A stretch of 64,000 bases of DNA from Syntrophales bacterium (GTDB taxonomy: Bacteria; Desulfobacterota; Syntrophia; Syntrophales; PHBD01), in the NCBI GenBank assembly GCA_963668175.1, contig OY764159.1, forward strand, positions 1,504,001-1,568,000, in the 5' to 3' direction. The notes beneath the pieces were generated by a model. It saw only the letters and a list, made by a program, of their open reading frames with translations, did not search any database and had not been told where the DNA came from. Of this stretch, positions 31,124 through 39,937 are shown one piece after another (position 1 is the first letter of the stretch; every line of letters begins with the position of its first letter). The position numbers and the translations under genes are program-made.

Positions 31124-31636
31124 CTACTGCACTTTCTCGATTGCGTAACCGGCTTCGTCCCAGGCCTTGATGCCGCCCGGATGGCGGTAGACGTTCTTGT
31201 AGCCCAGCCTGACGGCCCACATGGCCCCGTTATGGCTCCGTGTGCATTTCACGAATCCGCAGTAAAAGACGATCAGGCGGTCCTTGTTCGGGCCGAGAAG
31301 ACTGATCAGGGCGGCCTTCGTCTTGTCATCGAGCGTGGTCATTTCGGGGATGGGGAATTCGATCTGCTTCGCACCCGGCACGTGCTGCTTCTTATAGCTG
31401 TCGGCGTAAGGCATCGTATCGACGATCAGCATGTCCTTCTTCTGGTCGATCCATCCCTTGAGTTCGTCGGTGGCGACGATTTTGTATCCGCCCCGCTCGA
31501 CCTCCCTGGCGAAGGCGACGGCGCTTTTTTCCGTGTCCAGTTCCTTCGTTCCCCATGCCGCCTGTACCGGTCCCTGCCAGGCGAGCAGGACCGCGACGGC
31601 GGCAAACAGCACCCAAAACCTCTTGTACGTCAGCAT
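31124..31636 (-). CDS. Periplasmic rhodanese-like sulfurtransferase
   Basis: Signal peptide; IVDTMP...Y...HVPGA, FYCGFVKCTRSH, LGYKNVYR.PGGI.AW. Confidence 0.9.
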   Translation of the reverse strand: MLTYKRFWVLFAAVAVLLAWQGPVQAAWGTKELDTEKSAVAFAREVERGGYKIVATDELKGWIDQKKDMLIVDTMPYADSYKKQHVPGAKQIEFPIPEMTTLDDKTKAALISLLGPNKDRLIVFYCGFVKCTRSHNGAMWAVRLGYKNVYRHPGGIKAWDEAGYAIEKVQ

Positions 31637-31652
31637 TTGATCATATCTCCTT

Positions 31653-32141
31653 TCATGGTGTCATGTCCATCCGGTTTTTTGCGTGTGCGATTTTCCGGCC
31701 GCGCATCCGCCTGGAGAGGTAGAGATAGGGGATGATGCAGCCTGCCAGAAAGATGTCCCGGTAAAGGGCCAGGCGCAGTCCGTGGCGCGTCGTCAGGTCT
31801 TCCTGGGAGAAGCAGCCGCAGTCCACGTCCATGTCCGTCACGACGCCGTAACCGAGAATCGCGACAAATAAAACGAGCAGGGCGGCGATGACGGCAAGTC
31901 CCTCCCGGCGATCGAAAAGAAGGGCCGTTCCTGCCAGGACCTCCAGAAGCGGCAGACCGACGGCAACCACGGGAAGCAAAGGTTCCGGTACCAGTCCGTA
32001 GGCGTCGATGACGCGGGCGAAGGCCTTGGGGTCCATGAGCTTGACCCCTCCGCCGTAAACGAAGAGAAGGGCGAGCCCGATCCGGACCAGTCCGTAAAGC
32101 CGTCGTGAGGAAACGATTTTTGTGATGTATTCCCGCTTCAT
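31653..32141 (-). CDS. MauE/DoxX family membrane protein
   Basis: R..L..LF.Y.G..KL.DP..FA..I..Y, LP.LE...G, DVDCGCF, RD motif. Confidence 0.88.
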   Translation of the reverse strand: MKREYITKIVSSRRLYGLVRIGLALLFVYGGGVKLMDPKAFARVIDAYGLVPEPLLPVVAVGLPLLEVLAGTALLFDRREGLAVIAALLVLFVAILGYGVVTDMDVDCGCFSQEDLTTRHGLRLALYRDIFLAGCIIPYLYLSRRMRGRKIAHAKNRMDMTP

Positions 32142-32378
32142 GGAAACCGGACCGAAGACGATGCGTTCATTCCGAATCTGAAAGTGAGTTTCCTATATAA
32201 CAGAAGGGGATAGATATCCAATTCTATATATGAATAAAAGTAATAAAGATCATAGCCGCATGGCATAACTTCCCGGGTCGCTTCGGATCTCCGATATGGC
32301 GAAACGAGAAACGGATGCCGCGCGAAGGCCCTGTTTACACTCGCCGCGGTCGATGACGGGCCGCTGCCGGCAGAGGCT

Positions 32379-33404
32379 TTATTTCATGAGATTGCTGGCC
32401 CTGACGCCGATGAGGCGGACGCGCTTGTCCAGGGAGATGCGCTTGAGGCAGGCAAAGGCCGCTCTCCGGGCCTCTTCTTCCGAATCGGTATAATCGGGGA
32501 GCGTTTTGGCCCTCGTCAGGGTCTGGAAATCGTGGAACCGGATCTTGATCGTGATCGTCCGGGTCCTGTAGCCCTGGTCCTTCAGGTCAGCCACGACCTC
32601 CCTGGTCAGACCCGCGAGGCAGCGGGCGATAATCTGCCAGTCCCGAATGTCGTTCTGGAAGGTTGTTTCCCGGCTGACGGACCGGGGTTCCCAGTGGGTG
32701 ACGAGGGGGCTGTCGTCGATTCCGTGGGCGGCGTCATGGAGATAGGCGCCGTAGGATGCGCCGAAGACGGCAATCAGCTTTTCCGTCGGAAACCCGGCCA
32801 GTTGACCGATCGTGTCGATTCCCGCTTCTTTCAGGCGCGTCTCCGTTTTGGGGCCGACGCCGAAGAGCTTGCGGATGGGGAGCGGCCATATCCGGGCGGC
32901 GACATCCTGCTCCGTGAGAATGGTGAGGCCGTCGGGCTTCTCCAGGTCGGAGGCGATCTTGGCCAGAAGCTTGTTGGGGGCGACGCCGATGGAGCAGGTG
33001 AGGCCCGTCGCTTGCCGGATGCCGTCCTTGATCCGCCGGGCGATCTCCACGGAGGAGGATGGGACATCGGTGAGGTCCAGATAGGCCTCGTCGATGCCGC
33101 CGCTTTCCATGACGGGGCTGGCATCCGCCAGGACTTTCTTGAATTTATGGGAGGCTGCTGTGTAGGCTTCGAAGTCCACCGGCAAATAGACGGCGTGGGG
33201 ACAAAGCTTGTAGGCCGTCTTCAGGGGCATGGCGGAATGGACGCCGTATTTGCGCGCCTCGTAGTTGGCCGTGGAGACGACGCCCCGTCGCGAGGGATCG
33301 CCCCCGCCACCGATGACCACGGGCTTCCCCGTTAGGGCCGGATTCCTTCTCTCTTCCACGGCGGCGAAAAAGGCGTCCATGTCGCAATGCAGGATTCTTC
33401 TCAT
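32379..33404 (-). CDS. dinB: DNA polymerase IV
   Basis: Start MRRILHCDMDAFFAAVE; RGVVSTANYEARKYGV.SAMP, IDEAYLD, NKLLAKIASD..KPDG, GVGPKT, VRLIGV. Confidence 0.96.
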   Translation of the reverse strand: MRRILHCDMDAFFAAVEERRNPALTGKPVVIGGGGDPSRRGVVSTANYEARKYGVHSAMPLKTAYKLCPHAVYLPVDFEAYTAASHKFKKVLADASPVMESGGIDEAYLDLTDVPSSSVEIARRIKDGIRQATGLTCSIGVAPNKLLAKIASDLEKPDGLTILTEQDVAARIWPLPIRKLFGVGPKTETRLKEAGIDTIGQLAGFPTEKLIAVFGASYGAYLHDAAHGIDDSPLVTHWEPRSVSRETTFQNDIRDWQIIARCLAGLTREVVADLKDQGYRTRTITIKIRFHDFQTLTRAKTLPDYTDSEEEARRAAFACLKRISLDKRVRLIGVRASNLMK

Positions 33405-33427
33405 GAACGCCGGTGTAGCACAGGAAG

Positions 33428-33661
33428 CTAACGCATGCATATCGAAAAGAGAACGGGCAGGAAGTAAAGCATGGCGACGGCGATGCCGAACCAGCACATG
33501 CGGTCCAGCCATTTTTCGTGCTGCATAAGTTTCTCCTCCCAGGTGGTTTCTTCAACAAGATAGCAAACATATTCGCATATGGTCGGCCGAGCGGCTTTCG
33601 GTTCCGCCGGCCATACGCAGGCGGAGCGGATATCGGAGGCGATGATGGTCTCTTTGGACAT
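33428..33661 (-). CDS. Small membrane-anchored hypothetical protein upstream of dinB
   Basis: AAGGA RBS; C-terminal hydrophobic helix WFGIAVAMLYFLPVLF; ends 23 bp before dinB start. Confidence 0.55.
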   Translation of the reverse strand: MSKETIIASDIRSACVWPAEPKAARPTICEYVCYLVEETTWEEKLMQHEKWLDRMCWFGIAVAMLYFLPVLFSICMR

Positions 33662-33737
33662 GGGCGGTTCCTTTTCTCTATAAATTTTTACTTCTCCCGA
33701 CGCCTGACGGGATGGTTCTTCTTGTGGCCCAGTATTT

Positions 33738-33761
33738 ATAGTACGATCGTACTATTGTCAA
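33738..33761 (-). promoter_or_regulatory. -35 TTGACA (33761-33756) abutting perfect 18-bp palindrome ATAGTACGATCGTACTAT (33738-33755)
   Basis: Palindrome fills the -35/-10 spacer of the promoter pointing into the small ORF and dinB. Confidence 0.65.
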
Positions 33762-34027
33762 GAAAAAAATGGACCGTGAACAGGAGGAGATGCCTTGCCC
33801 GGGGGGCCGCTGTGTTAAAACGACAAATCATACAAGGAGGATAGTCTCCGGGCGGTGGTTTGAAGGGGGCATGTAATACGCATAACGCATTTGCATTACA
33901 AATATAGATAAATGTAGAGATAGCGACAATCATCAAAATAACGGGCACTTAAAATTTCACGGCAAGCCCCTGTCTTTTTCTCACGGTAGTATTAGAAGTG
34001 GACTAGGTTTTTTTACTTTAATCTTTA

Positions 34028-34215
34028 TGTCGGATTGTTTTACAGGTCAGATCTGTTAAGAATTGTAAAATAAAACGGGGGATTGGCGATTAGGGCTCCT
34101 CCCAGTGCACCTTTTCTGTCAGGATATTTTACAGTATACATAATGCTTATAATAGGTGGATAAGTATCAAAAGGCCAAGATATCATGTGCTTGCTTCGTA
34201 GGCACGGGAATTGCT
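34028..34215 (+). promoter_or_regulatory. PEP-CTERM gene 1 control region: TGT-N11-ACA boxes (34028-34044, 34117-34133) and sigma-54 promoter TAGGCACGGGAATTGCT (34199-34215)
   Basis: GG-N10-GC spacing exact; enhancer pattern repeated before all three genes. Confidence 0.85.
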
Positions 34216-34309
34216 ACTAACATTAAACAGCAAAGACGTGTGTCGCGTAGAAACGGTCTTTGCATTCGGTGAGGAGAATAAGAGAAAAATATCGATAAAG
34301 GGGGAATTT

Positions 34310-34831
34310 ATGAAAAAGATTGCAGTAGCACTTATGATGGTGAGTATGTTGGTTTTTGCGGGAAGCGCTATGGCGCTGACATGTCCCGACTGTTATGTGA
34401 CGTTGACCGATGATCCCAATCTTAAAATAATTCATGATGGTACGCCATCTTATTATCAGAAGACCTTCGATATCACGGTCGGCGCCCATCCCTACCAGCC
34501 CGGCGTAGATTCAATAGATTACGCATACGTCCAGATTTGGCTTAAAGATGATAATGACACATCCTATGAATCGGGCCAGATCTTACTTGATGGTCATACG
34601 AAAACTACGTCCATCGGTTATAACAGTTTCGACGTCGATTCATACCTGAACGACGGTATACTGATTGTACGTGTTACGGCCACGGCAGGCGATTTCATAG
34701 TTGATTATGTTCAGCTGGACGTGAGATTCGATGATTGTCCTACGACGGGTGTTCCCGAGCCCTCGACGATGCTGCTTCTGGGCTTCGGTCTGGCCGGTGC
34801 CGCCTATGCCAGGAAGAGATTCAGGAAATAA
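34310..34831 (+). CDS. PEP-CTERM sorting domain protein 1
   Basis: Signal peptide MKKIAVALMMVSMLVFAGSAMA; C-terminal VPEPSTMLLLGFGLAGAAYARKRFRK. Confidence 0.92.
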   Translation: MKKIAVALMMVSMLVFAGSAMALTCPDCYVTLTDDPNLKIIHDGTPSYYQKTFDITVGAHPYQPGVDSIDYAYVQIWLKDDNDTSYESGQILLDGHTKTTSIGYNSFDVDSYLNDGILIVRVTATAGDFIVDYVQLDVRFDDCPTTGVPEPSTMLLLGFGLAGAAYARKRFRK

Positions 34832-34836
34832 CGAAG
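34751..34836 (+). repeat. 86-bp PEP-CTERM tail repeat copy 1
   Basis: 3 mismatches versus copy 2 (counted by eye). Confidence 0.9.
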
Positions 34837-34856
34837 GTTTGACTTAACCTCACAGG

Positions 34857-34893
34857 GAGGCAGGGCTCATACAGGGTCCTGCCTCTTTTTTTT
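34857..34893 (+). terminator. Rho-independent terminator
   Basis: GAGGCAGG...CCTGCCTC followed by T8. Confidence 0.85.
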
Positions 34894-35301
34894 GTGCCGT
34901 TGTTTGTTTGCCGCCAACCCGAGTCGTACGCGTTGATCTCCCCCGCAATAGCGGTTTCGCCGAAGCCATCGTCCCTCGTCCGAGACGATGCGGGATTGGT
35001 TGCCCTCCGCAGGACGGATCCGTTTCTTCTCCATGCCTGCTATGCCTCGCACGATCGCCGGAAATAAAAAGACACCCTCGGAGCGCCGGCCTCAACTGCC
35101 CGTGTATTTGGGAGTCGGGAACGTCTTGACATAACATACGGATATGAAATAGAAAATAGGATAAATAGCAGAATCGTCTGCGAAAATGTAATGCAGCAGC
35201 CGACTGGGAGAGGCAAGACGGTCAAATATTTCTTCGGAAGATCGTCCTATAGGAGGACCGATTTCCGAACCAGTGCGACTTCTCCTGGCCGGCCGACTTT
35301 C

Positions 35302-35488
35302 TGTCGATTTGTTTTACAAGGCAAGAAATTGTGGAATAACTAGACAGAACAGAAAGATAGCGGCAAAAGGCGGCTAAATTGCTGCTTTGCTGTCGGGATA
35401 CTTTACAGTATCAACAAGCCGGGCATACCAGAAATACAGATATTGCGTAGCGATAACAATTGGATACGTTTTAGGCACAAGACTTGCT
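35302..35488 (+). promoter_or_regulatory. PEP-CTERM gene 2 control region: TGT-N11-ACA boxes (35302-35318, 35391-35407) and sigma-54 promoter TAGGCACAAGACTTGCT (35472-35488)
   Basis: Same architecture and spacing as gene 1. Confidence 0.85.
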
Positions 35489-35565
35489 TTACAAACGTAT
35501 AAAGAGGTGTATGGCGAAGCAATACTGACGTATAACCAATAATAAAATATAAAAAGGGGTGTAAG

Positions 35566-36141
35566 ATGAAAAAAATCGCAGTGGCAATTATGATGATCGG
35601 GATGTTGGTCTTCGCAGGGAGCGCGATGGCGTGCGAATACCCGAATTGCGGCGCCGGGGCGGTGTATTATGATGGTTCGGTGACGTTGAACCAAACGCTG
35701 TCGGGCAAATCCTCCTATACATGGACGATGAGTACGCCCACAGCTTTAAGCGTGCCGCCCGATACGGTTAATTGGGCAATGGTAACGCTCTATGCGTATG
35801 ATGTCAGCGGCAGCAACGACATAATCACTATCAAGGGATCAGGCTTTGGGGCGCTACAGAACGAGACCTGGGTTTGGGATTGGTCGTCTTGGTCGTGGGT
35901 GGCTGAGGGGCAGGAAATTTTAATTACTTCGTTGTTTGGTTCCTGGACCAGCGGCCAACTGTTAACGTTGACGTTAAATTATGACGAACAGGGCAGAGGC
36001 AATTCTCTGACCTTGGTCAGCTCCGAACTGGAAATTTGCTATACCAACGGCAATACCCCCGTTCCCGAGCCCTCGACGATGCTGCTGCTCGGCTTCGGTC
36101 TGGCCGGTGCCGCCTATGCCAGGAAGAGATTCAAGAAATAA
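35566..36141 (+). CDS. PEP-CTERM sorting domain protein 2
   Basis: Signal peptide MKKIAVAIMMIGMLVFAGSAMA; VPEPSTMLLLGFGLAGAAYARKRFKK. Confidence 0.92.
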   Translation: MKKIAVAIMMIGMLVFAGSAMACEYPNCGAGAVYYDGSVTLNQTLSGKSSYTWTMSTPTALSVPPDTVNWAMVTLYAYDVSGSNDIITIKGSGFGALQNETWVWDWSSWSWVAEGQEILITSLFGSWTSGQLLTLTLNYDEQGRGNSLTLVSSELEICYTNGNTPVPEPSTMLLLGFGLAGAAYARKRFKK

Positions 36142-36146
36142 CGAAG
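36061..36146 (+). repeat. 86-bp PEP-CTERM tail repeat copy 2
   Basis: GTTCCCGAGCCCTCGACGATGCTG...AAGAAATAACGAAG. Confidence 0.9.
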
Positions 36147-36165
36147 TCTGGTTATAGCTTCACAG

Positions 36166-36202
36166 AGAGGCGGGGCCTTTAAAGGCCCCGCCTCTTTTTT
36201 TT
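36166..36202 (+). terminator. Rho-independent terminator
   Basis: AGAGGCGGGGCCTTTAAAGGCCCCGCCTCT followed by T run. Confidence 0.9.
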
Positions 36203-36620
36203 GATACTGTTTGCCTGGCCGCTTGTGTTTCCCCGCCTTCACCATGGTATCCCCTATATAGGAAGCCGAAGCATCTTGCCTAATACACCACTGCACGATC
36301 GGCCGCCTTCCCCCGAATGGGCCCGCTTCTGTTCCATATCCGGTATTTATCCGCGTCTGCTAAGGCGGGTTTCTTCGGGGCGTTCGACTCGGCTCTCGGC
36401 GATTTTAAGGGGCAGTACACTGAGGCGCAAACGCCTGCTTGTAAAGAGAGGATATAAGCTCAAGAACCGCAGCGGCCGCAAGAATGTTATGCATATGTTG
36501 AAAAACGCAAGACGGCGGATGACGGTGCGTTGATCGGCGCAATTTATTCATGGAAAAGTTTCCTTCTCGGAAAGGGCGCTTTTCCCTGGCTGCATGATTT
36601 TTCTTGACAGGTCTCCTTTT

Positions 36621-36808
36621 TGTCGGCTTGTTTTACAAGACCGATGATTTTGGATAGAACAAATAAAAACAATGAGATAGCGATATAAAACCTCCTGGCT
36701 GTGCCTTTTCTGTCGAAATATTTTACAGTATACGCAGACCGGAAAATAGCAATATAAGTGATATGATCAGTGATAACGTATAGTTGCGTTTTAGGCATGG
36801 GACTTGCT
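36621..36808 (+). promoter_or_regulatory. PEP-CTERM gene 3 control region: TGT-N11-ACA boxes (36621-36637, 36711-36727) and sigma-54 promoter TAGGCATGGGACTTGCT (36792-36808)
   Basis: Same architecture and spacing as genes 1 and 2. Confidence 0.85.
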
Positions 36809-36892
36809 TGTATACCTTTAAAGCGGGGGGGTTAAGCAGTCGAAACCGCAATGACTAAAAAAATGAATAATAACAATAGCAGGGGGTGCAAA

Positions 36893-37444
36893 ATGAAGAA
36901 ACTTTTAGCATCAATTTTAGTGGTTGGGATGATGATTTTCGCGGGTAGCGCGATGGCATGTACCCCAACAGAATGCCCGGGAAATTATAGCTACTACTCG
37001 AATGTCTACTATTTCAACGATGGTGTCGGAATCACGAAGCATTCCTCGGAAACTCTGAGTTGGACTCAGCCCGTAACGAGCGATCTGACCGTTCCGCCCG
37101 ATATCATCAATTATGCAAAGCTCACGATCAAAGGATGGTGGGATAGCGGCAGGGGCCTTGTTCAGGTCGAAGGCGTTGCCATGGGCGCACTCAATGCGGA
37201 CGGGAGTTGGAATTGGTCGGCGACCGTGGATATTGGCAACATATTCTCCGACGGCTGGGTGCCGGCTGACAATCCGCTCAATGTTTCGATATATGTCACG
37301 TACTCAGCGATCAACTTTACCGAGTCCGACCTGGAGATCTGCTATAAGAACGTAAACACTCCCGTTCCCGAACCCGCGACGATGCTGCTTCTCGGTTTCG
37401 GTCTGGCCGGTGTCGCCTATGCCAGGAAGAGATTCAAGAAATAA
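36893..37444 (+). CDS. PEP-CTERM sorting domain protein 3
   Basis: Signal peptide MKKLLASILVVGMMIFAGSAMA; VPEPATMLLLGFGLAGVAYARKRFKK. Confidence 0.92.
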   Translation: MKKLLASILVVGMMIFAGSAMACTPTECPGNYSYYSNVYYFNDGVGITKHSSETLSWTQPVTSDLTVPPDIINYAKLTIKGWWDSGRGLVQVEGVAMGALNADGSWNWSATVDIGNIFSDGWVPADNPLNVSIYVTYSAINFTESDLEICYKNVNTPVPEPATMLLLGFGLAGVAYARKRFKK

Positions 37445-37449
37445 CGAAG
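37364..37449 (+). repeat. 86-bp PEP-CTERM tail repeat copy 3
   Basis: 5 mismatches versus copy 2 (counted by eye). Confidence 0.9.
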
Positions 37450-37460
37450 TTTCATAAAGA

Positions 37461-37500
37461 AAAAAAGAGAGGCGGGGCCCTAAAGCCCCGCCTTTTTATT
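37461..37500. terminator. Rho-independent terminator, possibly bidirectional (PEP-CTERM 3 / moeA)
   Basis: A run, AGGCGGGGC-loop-GCCCCGCCT, T run, between convergent genes. Confidence 0.8.
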
Positions 37501-37577
37501 TTGTTTAAACAACATTTTCAGGAAAACCATCCGCGGGATGGCGTACCGGAATATGAGAAGGCGCGACTGTTTCGGTA

Positions 37578-38819
37578 TTAAAGGTACGATGGCGTCGGCG
37601 TCTGCAGGAGCGACCGGTCCAGGAGCTGGACGGTGACCTCGTCGCCTTTCCCGGCCCTCGTCATCTCCTCCGGCAGGATGATGAGGCCGTTCGCCCGAAC
37701 CATCGACTTCAAGATGCCCGATCCCTGGTCTCCTGTCGTTGCGACTTTAAAGCCGTCCTTGTCCCTGCGGACGACCGCCCGGAGAAAGAGCCTGGCTCCC
37801 TGGCTTTTGGTCACCTCTTCTTCGAGGATCGCCCTGACGGGCGTCCGGAACAGGTCTCGGTGCCCCATCATCTTGAGGATCGACGGCCTTACGAACTGCT
37901 CGAAAGAGATCATGGAAGAAACGGGGTTGCCGGGGAGGCCGAATACCGGTATGCCCTGAATGGCGCCGAAGGCCAGGGGCCTACCCGGTCTCATGGCCAC
38001 CCGCCAGAACTGCATGCGGTTTCCCACTTCTTTCATGATGTCCTTGACGAGGTCGTAGTCCCCTACCGAAACTCCCCCCGACGAAATGATGATATCGGCC
38101 CGCGAGGCCGATTGCAGTTTGGCGATCAGGTCTGCACGGTTGTCCCGGGCGATGCCTAGCTGGAGAGGAACGGCGCCGGATTCGATGACCTGGGCGGCCA
38201 GGGAGTAACTGTTGGAGCTGACGATGCTCCAGGGCGACGGCGGCCCGTCGATATCGACCAGTTCGTTGCCCGTCGCCAGGACGGCGACCACCGGCCGCTG
38301 GTGGACCGAGACGAAGGAGCGGCCCAGGGAAGCCATCATGCCGACTTCGGCGGGTCTCACAACCGCACCTCGGCGGATGACCGTGTCTCCTGCCTGCACG
38401 TCTTCTCCTGCACGCCGTATGTCCTGGCCTTTCCTGACCTCGACCATGATGCGGACTTTACGCCCGGACTTCTTCGTATCTTCCATGCGCAGCACGGCGT
38501 TGGCGCCGGGCGGGATGGGGGCGCCCGTCATGATGCGGGCGGCCTGTCCTTCCCCGATCTTGAAACGGGGAATGACGCCGGCGGGAATGTCTTCCGTGAC
38601 ATCGAGAAGAACCGGGGTCCTGGGAGATGCGCCCCGCGTATCCTGCCATCTCAGCGCGTAGCCGTCCATGGCCGAATTGTCCTTCGGAGGGATGTCCCGG
38701 GGGGCCGTGATGTCTTCGCCCAGCACCCGTCCCAGGGCGTCCAGGATGTTGACCTTCTCCAACCCCAAGGGGGCAAAAGCGCCCAATATCTGCTCAAGGG
38801 CCTCTTCAACGTGTATCAT
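37578..38819 (-). CDS. moeA: Molybdopterin molybdotransferase
   Basis: GRVL..DI.A..D.PP.DNSAMDGYA, RIMTGAP, TGNEL, SGGVSVGDYD, LPGNPVS, ANGLI. Confidence 0.95.
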   Translation of the reverse strand: MIHVEEALEQILGAFAPLGLEKVNILDALGRVLGEDITAPRDIPPKDNSAMDGYALRWQDTRGASPRTPVLLDVTEDIPAGVIPRFKIGEGQAARIMTGAPIPPGANAVLRMEDTKKSGRKVRIMVEVRKGQDIRRAGEDVQAGDTVIRRGAVVRPAEVGMMASLGRSFVSVHQRPVVAVLATGNELVDIDGPPSPWSIVSSNSYSLAAQVIESGAVPLQLGIARDNRADLIAKLQSASRADIIISSGGVSVGDYDLVKDIMKEVGNRMQFWRVAMRPGRPLAFGAIQGIPVFGLPGNPVSSMISFEQFVRPSILKMMGHRDLFRTPVRAILEEEVTKSQGARLFLRAVVRRDKDGFKVATTGDQGSGILKSMVRANGLIILPEEMTRAGKGDEVTVQLLDRSLLQTPTPSYL

Positions 38820-38890
38820 GGGGCAACCTAACCTGTTCTGTTTTATATAGCATTAGTGATCATCACAGAAACGCCCCGCCCTGTCAACGA

Positions 38891-39781
38891 TTAAAGTCGT
38901 GTAAAAATGCCGTCGTCGTTCCTTACGACGAGACGGCGCGCTTCGAGACGGTCAAGATGCTTTTTGACGAGGGCCCTCTCTCCGAACTCGAAGAAGGCGA
39001 GGGGCTCACGGGGCTTTCCATACATGAGCCACGCGGAGAGGATGTCGTCCAGGGTGCGGGGCTTCCTGAGGAAATCGAGGAGTCGGTTCTCCCGTTCGTA
39101 GATGACGCCTTCGAACTCTTCCCAGCGCACCCCGGGGTTCTCCTCGAAAAGTCCCGTGTCGTGGCCGGTGATCCAGGTTCGGGCCGGGATGTCCTTTAAT
39201 TTCTTGAGGGAGGATACGGTATCGTCGATGTCCGAGTAAAGATCGCCGTACCAGGGGCCGAAGGAGGTCAGATCGTAGTCGCCCAGAAAGAGAAGCCCCT
39301 CTTCACGGAAGAAAAAAGACAGGTGCCCCGGCGTATGGCCCGGCGTGGGAATCACTTCCACCGTAACGGGACCGAAGCGCATGATCTCCCCGTCCTTGAG
39401 GAAATGTTCGATCTGCCGCGGCTTATAGTTGAACTGTTCGAGGAAGGACTTTCTAAAGAACAAGCGTTGATTGTCCCGTTCGATATCGTACCAGTCGAGC
39501 ATACATTCGATATCGGTCAGGGGCGGCTTGTCCCGTTCGGAAATCCGGATCGGACGGCCGGGGAAGAGATCGAGATAAGTGATATGGTCCTCGTGCCAGT
39601 GGGTGAGCCATATTGCGTCCACACCCTCTTCGTCCCGCAGACGCAGGAGCTTCTCCCTGCTTGCCGCCGGATCGATGAGGACCCTGGCCCCTTCGATGTA
39701 CACCGAATGACAGTACGGATAGCGGCCCTTATTCTCGCCGCGGATGAACCGGATCGGTCCGAATTGCCGGTCGACTTCCAA
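38891..39781 (-). CDS. Metallo-beta-lactamase fold hydrolase
   Basis: LIDP, THWHEDH, TPGHTPGH, GDYDL, TGH motifs. Confidence 0.88.
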   Translation of the reverse strand: MEVDRQFGPIRFIRGENKGRYPYCHSVYIEGARVLIDPAASREKLLRLRDEEGVDAIWLTHWHEDHITYLDLFPGRPIRISERDKPPLTDIECMLDWYDIERDNQRLFFRKSFLEQFNYKPRQIEHFLKDGEIMRFGPVTVEVIPTPGHTPGHLSFFFREEGLLFLGDYDLTSFGPWYGDLYSDIDDTVSSLKKLKDIPARTWITGHDTGLFEENPGVRWEEFEGVIYERENRLLDFLRKPRTLDDILSAWLMYGKPREPLAFFEFGERALVKKHLDRLEARRLVVRNDDGIFTRL

Positions 39782-39937
39782 TCTTCAGAACCTCGTCTGG
39801 ATGTGGTATAAGACAATATATGAAATAGGGGAATTGCCCGTCAAGGAATAAGTATCGGCCGTGTCTTGTTTTTCTTGACCGGCAGGATTTTTTTCCTTAT
39901 AAAACGGTCCACCATTGAAACGAAAAGGGGATACATT

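Noticed and set aside
31230..31265. Possible selenocysteine in the rhodanese active site
   Set aside because: Both codons in CGFVKC are TGC; there is no in-frame TGA.
32180..32270. AT-rich stretch upstream of the MauE gene as a LysR-type site
   Set aside because: No clean dyad and no adjacent LysR gene.
34751..37449. 86-bp repeats as a CRISPR array, integron attC sites or DGR template/variable repeats
   Set aside because: They are protein-coding and ~1.3 kb apart; no cas, integrase or reverse transcriptase is present; mismatches are not adenine-specific.
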